Shown here: piece by piece, positions 28,491 to 37,399 of the stretch
Position numbering within the stretch: position 1 is the stretch's first letter
How the letters are laid out: every line of letters begins with the position of its first letter
Assembly: GCA_963662655.2 (NCBI GenBank)
Contig: CAXXTU010000002.1
Coordinates: 864,001 to 928,000 of the forward strand
Length of the DNA: 64,000 bases
Direction of reading: 5' to 3'
DNA from: Candidatus Cloacimonadales bacterium
Lineage (GTDB): Bacteria > Cloacimonadota > Cloacimonadia > Cloacimonadales > JAIOQZ01
Notes under the pieces: generated by a model
Told to the model about the DNA's origin: nothing
Databases searched by the model: none
What the model saw: the letters and a program-made list of their open reading frames with translations, nothing else
Translations under genes and position numbers: made by a program

Positions 28491-29567
28491 CTATTTCAGC
28501 AACAATGCCTTCTGAATCGATGTCGATTCCTCCGTGCTCATCCGAATCAGGTAAACGCCTGAGCCAACACCCTTTTCATCATCAGTAGCGCCGTCCCAGA
28601 CGATTCTGTGTGCTCCCTGCCCCATTCTTTCGTTTGACAGGCTCTTGACCTTGCGACCGCGAACATCGAAAATGTCGATCTTCACCTGTTGAGCCTTCGA
28701 AAGATCGAACGCAATGGTTGTTTGGGGATTGAATGGATTGGGCATGACCGTGAATACTGTCGGTGGCGCAGAAATCTCTTCGTCGCCGGTTCCCGTGGAT
28801 TCAATCTCGACCTCCCATACGGTGTCAACCGCATACCTCCCGTCCGATACGGTACAAACAACTTCGTAGTCCCCAGGATCGCTGAAGGTGTAGTTCATGT
28901 TGATGCCGTCACCGGCGTCTTCCCCATTCACCTTCCAGGCGAAGATCGGTTCGATGTCGTTGCCGGCTGCCAGCACCATAAAGAAAAGCATAGTACCTTC
29001 CGGATAGGTCAGTTCCGTTTCCTCGGGGTAAATTCCGTTGATCTGGAAATCGAAGATGCGAATGCTGTCGATCACAACCGGCTCGATCGGCCTGTCATTG
29101 CTGTCTGTTGCAACCGCGCCAATCGCAAAAACGGTATCCATGCCCGAAATGACATTCCCGAAGATCGCGTGATGATCGTCCAGCCAGCTCGTTGCAACAA
29201 GCGTGATGAAATACTGCGAACCGCCCGTGTTGGGACCGGCATTAGCCATAGATAGCACACCGGGGCCATCGTGACGAAGCTCGGGAGTGAATTCGTCGGG
29301 AATCGTGTAGCCCGGGCCACCGGTTCCGTTGCCGTTGGGGCATCCGTCTTGAATCATGAAATCGTCGATGACTCGGTGGAATATCAGTCCATCGTAGAAA
29401 TGATCCCTGGCAAGATCGATAAAGTTGTTGGCGGTTATCGGGACCAGGTCTTCGTGCAGGATGCACCGGAAACTGCCCATGTTCGTTTGCCACTCGGCAT
29501 AGCTCTTTGCCATGACAGGCGCGATCAGAATCGAGATAAGAATCAATAGAATAAAACGCTTATACAT
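28491..29567 (-). CDS. Secreted cyclophilin-type PPIase with PKD-like domain and FlgD-Ig/T9SS-like tail
   Basis: GGAGG then ATG at 29567; signal peptide; FHRVIDDFMIQDG, LSMANAGPNTGGSQYF; PNPFNPQT...SGVYL tail. Confidence 0.9.
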   Translation of the reverse strand: MYKRFILLILISILIAPVMAKSYAEWQTNMGSFRCILHEDLVPITANNFIDLARDHFYDGLIFHRVIDDFMIQDGCPNGNGTGGPGYTIPDEFTPELRHDGPGVLSMANAGPNTGGSQYFITLVATSWLDDHHAIFGNVISGMDTVFAIGAVATDSNDRPIEPVVIDSIRIFDFQINGIYPEETELTYPEGTMLFFMVLAAGNDIEPIFAWKVNGEDAGDGINMNYTFSDPGDYEVVCTVSDGRYAVDTVWEVEIESTGTGDEEISAPPTVFTVMPNPFNPQTTIAFDLSKAQQVKIDIFDVRGRKVKSLSNERMGQGAHRIVWDGATDDEKGVGSGVYLIRMSTEESTSIQKALLLK

Positions 29568-29734
29568 TGGAACCTCCAGTTTTTTTTCATCGTTACGATT
29601 GCTAACAGCCATGATTGTCATCGTCAAGGAAAATTCATTTCACAAAAAAGTAATTGACAGGCGCAAAGCTTCATCCGCCATTATGAAAAAGTAATAATCC
29701 ACTCTCAATCCATTTCATCGACAAGGAGAAACAG

Positions 29735-30271
29735 ATGAAGTACGTCCTATCATTGCTTGTAATTTCGATATTCCTTTTCGCCTGCACACAGCAAGCTGAA
29801 AAACAAGAAAGCACACCTCAAACTCCTGCGCAAGAAACCGAGATAGCCACTCCCGATACACTATCGACTAAAGATACAGCCGTGATGGCGCTCGTCGAAA
29901 AAGCTGTAGCCCTCGTTCTGGAGGAAGGGACGACCGACGATGGTTTGCGGAAAGTGTTCGATCGCTTCGAGGACCCGCAGGGAGATTTCGTCGATGGCGA
30001 CCTGTATCTTTTCGTGTATAATCTGGAAGGCACTGTAATCGCGCACGAGGCGCAGCCACAGTTGATTGGTAAAAACCTTATCGAAAAAGTCGACGCGAAC
30101 GGCGTGAAAATGATTGCGGAGATGGTGCAGATCGCGAAGGAAGAGGGCAGCGGCTGGATCAGCTACCTCTGGCCATACCCGGGAACAGGTGAAATCAAAC
30201 CCAAACGGGCATACATCGCACGGCCGGGCAGCATGGAGATGTTTATCGGCTGCGGTTACTACGCAGAATAG
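29735..30271 (+). CDS. Stand-alone single-Cache-domain lipoprotein
   Basis: Lipobox LFAC; YLFVY..GTVIAH..P.LIGKN...D.NG...GWISYLWP...K Cache_2 pattern. Confidence 0.8.
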   Translation: MKYVLSLLVISIFLFACTQQAEKQESTPQTPAQETEIATPDTLSTKDTAVMALVEKAVALVLEEGTTDDGLRKVFDRFEDPQGDFVDGDLYLFVYNLEGTVIAHEAQPQLIGKNLIEKVDANGVKMIAEMVQIAKEEGSGWISYLWPYPGTGEIKPKRAYIARPGSMEMFIGCGYYAE

Positions 30272-30289
30272 TTTTTCATTCACGTTTAC

Positions 30290-30322
30290 AAGGGTATTCT
30301 CTCCGGGAGGATACCCTTTTTC
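30290..30322 (+). terminator. Intrinsic terminator
   Basis: 12-bp stem AAGGGTATTCTC/GAGGATACCCTT followed by a T-run. Confidence 0.75.
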
Positions 30323-30339
30323 ATTTATATAGTATACGA

Positions 30340-31101
30340 TCAACCCGGAAAAGGAACCAGGCCGAGCGCACCTTTGAAGACATACATGTCCAGAATGAAG
30401 AGAATCGCGAATGGAATGAAGAACAGGATCGCGGTTATCCCACTCGCGAGAAGCGATTTAACGACAGTGGTCACGCGCTTCTTCACCGTGATGCTGATGA
30501 AGAAATAAGCCGGAACCACGATGGTCGTAACGAACGTGGAGTAGTACAGCGCTTCGCTCCAGAAGAGAGTTACCATGAAGATGGAATTGATCAGATTCGC
30601 GTGGCCGATCGAATACATGTTAACGATCAGGTGCTCGGAGAAATTGAACTTCCACTCACGGAAAAACAGCTTCGTCATGAATGCGTACAAAGGCAGCGAG
30701 ATGAGAAACATCGCCGTCATATTGCTGGTCGTCCACAGGTTGACCTCGCTCGCGACGCCGTCCACTTCGACCTTCGCCATGTAGATGTTCTTGGGGTCGA
30801 TCATCATGTTGAGAACCGTCATGAGGGCTGTCGTCCAGAAGAGGTAGCGCAGAGGATCGTAGATCGGCTTGCGCTTCCCGTTGAGGTAATGGCGAATCAC
30901 TCTGCCGGGATTGATCGTTAACTGCGTGATGATAAACAGCATCCCTTTTTCGAAGTCGAACGCGGCAAGTGTTTTTTTCATCATCGAGGTAAAGGTGAAG
31001 CGCTTTGTCGATGCTTCCTGCCCGCAAACAGGGCAGTAATTCCCTTCAAAGTGGTTACCGCAATTGAGGCATGTCACGATTTCATTATCCATTGTAGACA
31101 C
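30340..31101 (-). CDS. DUF3667-type membrane protein with N-terminal zinc ribbon
   Basis: CLNCG....GNYCPVCGQ, PG.VIRHYLNGKR..IYDP; several TM helices. Confidence 0.8.
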   Translation of the reverse strand: MSTMDNEIVTCLNCGNHFEGNYCPVCGQEASTKRFTFTSMMKKTLAAFDFEKGMLFIITQLTINPGRVIRHYLNGKRKPIYDPLRYLFWTTALMTVLNMMIDPKNIYMAKVEVDGVASEVNLWTTSNMTAMFLISLPLYAFMTKLFFREWKFNFSEHLIVNMYSIGHANLINSIFMVTLFWSEALYYSTFVTTIVVPAYFFISITVKKRVTTVVKSLLASGITAILFFIPFAILFILDMYVFKGALGLVPFPG

Positions 31102-31185
31102 CCAAAGTTTTTTTTCTGTAAATACTTTTTTTGGGATGTGTCAAGACGATTTTTATGATAAACGCATTTTTATTACCTAAAATAA

Positions 31186-31213
31186 TTGACAATTCCGGGA
31201 AAAATGATAGTGT
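31186..31213 (+). promoter_or_regulatory. Putative sigma70 promoter
   Basis: TTGACA-16 nt-TAGTGT with a TG extension, upstream of GGAGG and the ATG at 31260. Confidence 0.5.
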
Positions 31214-31259
31214 AAATCATATTGAAACAGAAATTTATTATACACATAATGGAGGAATC

Positions 31260-34013
31260 ATGAAAACAAGCAGAGGGGCTTTACATTTATTGTTTGTTTT
31301 AATCCTGGCTGGCTTGGCATTTGCGAGTCATGCCGCCGACCCACTTTTCTTTGTAACAACCGCGGAAGGAGATACCGTTTTTGCAGTTTATCCTTCCGGT
31401 ATCAAGGTGCGCAACGCCTCAGGCGAAGATATCTTCATCGCCGATCGCGACAGCGTTCGCATCTACGTCGATGAAGACGCGATGCGAACGAGCCGTGGCA
31501 GTTTCGCCATCGGTGGAATTGGAAGCGCGACGCGCGAGCCGGCGACGGAGTACTTCCGCGTGACGCCAGATAGCGTCCGCGTTTATCTGAAGGAGAACAA
31601 CACCCGGACGAGCCGGGGAGGGTTCGCCATCGGTGGCGTTGCCAGCGCGACACGCCCCATGGGAAACCACTTCTTCAATCTCGAGAATTCTCACAGCCCT
31701 GAAATCATCGACCCCAGCGAAGCGCGTATGCTTTGGTATCCCTACAAGGAAGCCTTCCGGGTCGGCCATGTCCTGATCGATTCCCCCGATAGCGTTGGCA
31801 CAAACTCCATCGCAACGGGATACGAGTCGAAAGCGATCGGCGATTACTCCCAGGCGTTGGGATATCAGGCCAGAGCTTACGCGGATTATTCCACAGCGAT
31901 CGGTCTTCATGCCAACGCCCTTGGTGAGAGCTCATTTGCGTACGGCGATCTCGCCGAGGCCAACGGAATCGGATCTTTCGCTTTCGGTTCAGTTGCTCGC
32001 GACACACTCGGTAACGTCATCTACGGCGCGAATCCCACACGCACGAACGGCCATTACTCATTCGCTATGGGTATGGGGGCTCAAACTGGCGGCATATGTT
32101 CCATGGCGATCGGTTTCAATGCATATTCGGAGACAAACAACTCCCTGGCTATCGGTAGAAACTCCTCAGCAACAGGAAACAACAGCGTAGCGATCGGCTA
32201 CGCTGCTGACGCCTCCGAATATAATGCTCTCGCGATTGGTCACTATGCAAATGCTTCCGGTCCTTATTCGGCAGCGTTCGGTTATTCCTCCGACGCAATA
32301 GGCGAATACAGTATGGCGTTCGGTCGCAACTCTTCAGCCGAAGGCAACAACGCCACGGCTATTGGTTGCTACACAAACGCGGATGGCGATTACTCCGTAG
32401 CCCTTGGCCGCGAAACAACTTCGGGAGACTACGGCACGGCATCGGGTTCTCATTCGGATGCATCCGGGATGTATTCGGTAGCGCTTGGACGACAGAATGT
32501 CGCGTCAGGTGAGTACGCCGTAGCCCTGGGTGGATATTCGGAGGCGATCGGCGATTACTCCACCGTTTCGGGACGCCAGTCGAGCGCGCGCGGAGACTAC
32601 GCTGTCTCCCTCGGCGGATTCAATTCGGCGGACTCGAGTTATTCCGTCGCGATAGGATACAATGCGATGGCGCAAAACAAGTACGCTGTGGCCTTGGGGT
32701 ATTACGCAATCGCCAGCGGTTTATACGGATCGTCTATCGGCTGCCACAACACGGCCAGCGGCGATTACAGTTTCAGTACGGGGTACTACAACGAGTCTAA
32801 CGGCATCTATTCCTTTACCGCCGGGCGCGACTGCGTTGCAAACATGAACGCGGCTGTAGCGATGGGCGAAAGCTGTGAAGCGCAGGACGCATGGACAGTT
32901 GCACTGGGCTATCATACGACGGCCAACGGCCAGCACTCCATCGCGATCGGTGATGGCGCAGAAGCGCTGCAATCACATGCGATTGCCATTGGCGAGGATG
33001 TGACCGCCGATGGAATGAACTCCGTCGCAATCGGTAGGAGAGCATCCAATGGCGGGTACTACGGAAGTTTTGTTTTCGGTGATTATTCATCCACAAACAC
33101 GGTGATAAACGACGATTTCAACCAGTTCAAGGTACGCGCGTCCGGCGGATATGTCCTGCATACGAACAGCGGTCTTGAAGAAGCAAAGACCGTTTACATC
33201 GAGGAGAACGACGGCTCCTTGGGGCTCGGAACATCCAGTCCGCTTCACAAGCTCCATGTTGTCGATACGGTATCCAACACGACCGGAACCGACGGAGCGC
33301 TTATCGATATCTACAACCCGACAAGCGGAACGGGCGCAATGTCCGGCATCCGCTTCAAGAGCGGATCGACAACAACAGCGTACAAGGGCGGTATCTTCTA
33401 CAACACGACCACAACATACGATCGCGGAAACATGGTTTTCGCTCTGGCGAACAACATATATTCAACTAACGTCGATCGCGATGACGCTCGAATGGTGCTT
33501 TACTACAACGGCAACGTTGGAATCGGTACACCGGAATCGGAGATACCGAGTGCCAAGCTTAGTGTCAACGGCCACGTGCGCCCGTACGCCGATGCTTCGA
33601 GCGATTTGGGCGGTTCCTCTCAGCGCTGGAGATACGTCTACGCGTCGTACGGCACCATTCTGACCTCCGATCGTCGTATGAAAACCGATATCACCCCGCT
33701 TCGCTACGGACTGGCCTCTGTCATGAAACTCCGCCCGGTTAGCTTCAAATGGAAGAACGACGAAGCGGAAGGAACACAACTCGGCTTGATCGCGCAGGAA
33801 GCACAGGAAGTGATCCCGGAAGTCGTGAAAGTGGGAGATGACGAAGATCAAACGATGGGCATGAACTACACCGAACTGATTCCCGTTCTGGTGAACGCGA
33901 TCCAGGAGCAACAGAAACAGCTTGATGAAGTTCGCAAGGAAGTGGAATTACTCAAGCAGCAACTGGCCGAAGAAAAAAGCAGAACCAGCCACGATGTTGC
34001 CAGTTCCAACTAA
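31260..34013 (+). CDS. Secreted fibre-like protein: YadA-head-like repeats plus C-terminal intramolecular chaperone (Peptidase S74)
   Basis: Signal peptide; ~14-aa SxAxGxxxxAxGxY repeats; TSDRRMKTDI...GLIAQE...NYTELIPVLVNAIQEQQ followed by a coiled coil. Confidence 0.85.
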   Translation: MKTSRGALHLLFVLILAGLAFASHAADPLFFVTTAEGDTVFAVYPSGIKVRNASGEDIFIADRDSVRIYVDEDAMRTSRGSFAIGGIGSATREPATEYFRVTPDSVRVYLKENNTRTSRGGFAIGGVASATRPMGNHFFNLENSHSPEIIDPSEARMLWYPYKEAFRVGHVLIDSPDSVGTNSIATGYESKAIGDYSQALGYQARAYADYSTAIGLHANALGESSFAYGDLAEANGIGSFAFGSVARDTLGNVIYGANPTRTNGHYSFAMGMGAQTGGICSMAIGFNAYSETNNSLAIGRNSSATGNNSVAIGYAADASEYNALAIGHYANASGPYSAAFGYSSDAIGEYSMAFGRNSSAEGNNATAIGCYTNADGDYSVALGRETTSGDYGTASGSHSDASGMYSVALGRQNVASGEYAVALGGYSEAIGDYSTVSGRQSSARGDYAVSLGGFNSADSSYSVAIGYNAMAQNKYAVALGYYAIASGLYGSSIGCHNTASGDYSFSTGYYNESNGIYSFTAGRDCVANMNAAVAMGESCEAQDAWTVALGYHTTANGQHSIAIGDGAEALQSHAIAIGEDVTADGMNSVAIGRRASNGGYYGSFVFGDYSSTNTVINDDFNQFKVRASGGYVLHTNSGLEEAKTVYIEENDGSLGLGTSSPLHKLHVVDTVSNTTGTDGALIDIYNPTSGTGAMSGIRFKSGSTTTAYKGGIFYNTTTTYDRGNMVFALANNIYSTNVDRDDARMVLYYNGNVGIGTPESEIPSAKLSVNGHVRPYADASSDLGGSSQRWRYVYASYGTILTSDRRMKTDITPLRYGLASVMKLRPVSFKWKNDEAEGTQLGLIAQEAQEVIPEVVKVGDDEDQTMGMNYTELIPVLVNAIQEQQKQLDEVRKEVELLKQQLAEEKSRTSHDVASSN

Positions 34014-34025
34014 CGGGGGCCTCTC

Positions 34026-37000
34026 ATGAGATACGCACGTATGAAATGGGGAATTCTCATCCTGCTTTCGCTGCTGTGCAACTCCGTGTTTGGACATGTC
34101 TACATCACGGAGACCGGTAGGGCCGGCACAGGGCAATCGGGGCAGATAAACATCGCTCAGAATTTGCAGAACGACGGTCATTTCGACTATCTCAGCAGCC
34201 ATGTTCGCTTCTTCGGCGACGGGACGAGTCGGATACTTGGCAACTCGGGGCTCTATGTCCAGCGTCTGGTACTCGATAAAACCTCCGGCAGTTACCTGTA
34301 TCTGATGGAGCCGGTGGGCGTGGGAGATTCGCTCCTCTTGAAATCGGGGATCATGACCTTCTCGGGGAGGGCGGAATCTTCCGTTCCTCCGGTTGCGAAC
34401 GAAGCGCGCAAGCTGTCCTCCGGGAAAGAAGCGAGCTCACCATTATCAGCAAGCTCGCGCAAGCAAACGAACCTTTCCAGGCTATCGCAACCGTATGCCG
34501 AGAAGGCGGATTGGGTATTCACGGAAGAATATCCATCGAAAGAAGTCAGCAGCCGGCCACCTTCAATCACAACGCGGGAAGGAAGCCTGACCCTCGGTGA
34601 TTACGCGACGATCCGTCGCGAAGAAGGCGCTCTGCTGGCAACACCCGCGTTGAACGGAACGTACGACCTGATATACCAAAACTCCGTTACGACCGGCGCC
34701 GAGTTAGTGTCCGATCAGGACGCGTTGAATTCGATAATTGTGGATATCCCTTCCGGGACGCTGACCCTCGACAAAGACGCGTGGATCAACGAATCACTGA
34801 TCATCGAGAACGGATCGCTGAATACAGGAAGCTATACACTGACAATGGGCGAATTCGCTCCGGTCGTCGGCTATCCCGATGATATTACTGGAACGATCGT
34901 CGGAGAAGATATACGAGTCAATACTTCATCCTATTCCAACGGTACATTCTATGTGTCGCTGAATTCGGGTACTTCGATCGGTGATTTCAGACAGATGCTG
35001 TACATGAAACCCATCAGCATTGGAACGGTTGAATCGATCGAAAGGCTGTGGTATCTTGACTCTGACATCTGGCCCAACGGCAGAAACATGGTTCTGGGCT
35101 GGCGACGAAACGAGGACAACGGGATCGATCTTTCGCATGTTCAGGTTTGGCGAAGCGACGACCTGGATCGATTTTATGCTTGGGGAGACCCTATCGACAT
35201 GTCCGGCACGGGAAATCTCAGGGCTATCGACGTGAACAACATCGATCGATTCGGTTGGTGGACGATCGGGCACCCAATATTCGGAGTATCGTCCACGACT
35301 ATCGATCTCGGGGACGTCGAGATCGGGCAGGCGGTTTCCAATCCTCTTACCGTTACGAATTACCTGCCCAGCAGCGTATACGGATACATCGTAACGCCTG
35401 ATTGGATTACTCCGATCGAAACAACCCGAAATCGAAGCACCGCTCGAAAGGACCTTGCTCGCGAGGAGGAGAACAGCGTTCGAAACCGTGAATCTCAGTA
35501 CTTCAACATGTACGCCAATGGGGATGTCGATTTCAATCTGATATGTTCCCCCAATACCCCGGGGGAATTCTCGGAAACGGTTCAGGTCATTGTCTATAAC
35601 GAGCTCTATCCCACGCGACTGATCGAGGTGCGCGGCGTTGCCGTGATGCCGGATATCGAGGTAACTCCCGACCAGATCACCCACACGCTTGCGCAAGACG
35701 AATCAGCGTCGCGACAAGTTACCATCCAGAACGCAGGCGATGTCCAGCTCGATTACTCCGTGTATTTCGGCGAAAATCTTCTCGGCACAAGTTTTGAAGG
35801 CGATTTCCCACCGTCGGGATGGACGATGGAGATCGTTTCCGGCGAATATCCGTGGTCGCAAGCAGACGATATCAGCCATGCGGGGACATCCTCTGGCTAT
35901 GGCCGACTGGCATTTCCTGGATGACGCCAGATTGATCAGCCCCGCAGTGACAATCGGGAATTCGGCAGCTCCTTTCGTATTATATCCGCTCGCAGGACGA
36001 TCCATCCTGGGGCGGTATGTTCGATGTCGAATATTCCACTGACGGGACGACGTGGATCAACCTGGAATCCTTCAACCAGAACACCCTCACGACATCTTTC
36101 AGCAAGCGCACGCTCGACCTCTCTTCGCTGAGCGGTTCCACCGTCCAGCTTGCATTCCATGCATGGGAAAACTACTATGCGAACGGAGTCTACCTCGATG
36201 ATGTGAATCTCATCAGCTCATCGACTCCTTCCTGGGCCTACATCGTCGGCGGAAGTCCACACACGGGGAGTATCGCTCCCGGCGGACCGCAGCAAAATGT
36301 GACGATCCAGCTCGATGCGGGTGGATTACCGGACGGAACCTACACGACGGACATCATCGTGGAGAGCAACGATCCCTTCGAGCAGTATGTCGCGATTCCA
36401 TTGACGCTCCATGTCCAGACGCCGGGTATCTCCGTATCGAACAGCTATCTGTTCTTCGGCTATGTCGTTCTCGGTAATAGCTCCACCAGACAATTCTCCA
36501 TCGAGAATCCGGGGAATTCGTACCTGGTCGGCACGCTCTCCGCGCCTTCGCAGTATGAGGTTGCGCTGGCTGGCCGGGATCAGGTAACAAGAGATTCCAA
36601 CCGGCAGAGAGTGGAGTCCGCAAGGATAGAACCCTTTGAAAGCTTCAGCGATTTTTCCGATGGAAGTCAAACGCGAAACAGCATTCTTTTCTCGGTTCCA
36701 GCGGGAGGTTCACGCACCTACGATATCATCTACACCCCGGATGTAATCGGCGACCACGAGGACATTCTCACCATCGCGCACAACGCGCCCGGCGAGGATA
36801 AAACTATTTCACTGTGGTCAACGGTGATAACGCAGCCAACGGTTCTTACGGGTAACGTAACGAGCATCCAACCCTATTCGGCGATCGTTTCGGGGCAGGT
36901 TACGGCAACCGGCGGGATTTCGGTGAGTTCGCGAGGAATCTGCTGGGATACGCAAGTCATGCCGACAACGGACGACCCACACAATCAGGAAGGTTCCGGC

Positions 37001-37399
37001 CTGGGGACGTTCAGCAGCACACTGAATAATCTGATACCAAACACGCATTATTATGCGCGTGCCTACGCTGTAAACGCAGCCGGCACAAGCTACGGTATAC
37101 AAGTCGATTTCACGACGCTATCACTCGGGCCGCCGGAGACACCGGAGAATGTCGTAATCTCTGTGACGGATAGCGGAGTTCTCCTGAGCTGGTCTGAGGT
37201 GACGGATGCGGACGAATATGCGATCTATCGCAGCGACGATCCATCTGCAATAAATTGGGGAACGGCAATCGGAACTACGTCCGGAACGTCCTGGCTGGAC
37301 ATGGAGCCGCTACGTAACGGCAAAGCGTTCTACTTTATAACTGCGGTTCGCAGCGTGCGTATCGAGCGTTCGGATGATTCCGTAAGGCTAAGGGAGTAG
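34026..37399 (+). CDS. Large secreted Ig/adhesin-domain protein split by two frameshifts
   Basis: ORF 34026-35924, a bridging frame (AMADWHFLDDARLISP) and ORF 36017-37399 (LSYYIRSQ..MFDVEYSTDG) form one continuous adhesin-type domain; shifts near 35893 and 35970. Confidence 0.75.

Noticed and set aside
31260..34013. Prophage
   Set aside because: The tail-fibre-like domain has a signal peptide, and no capsid, terminase or integrase genes are present.
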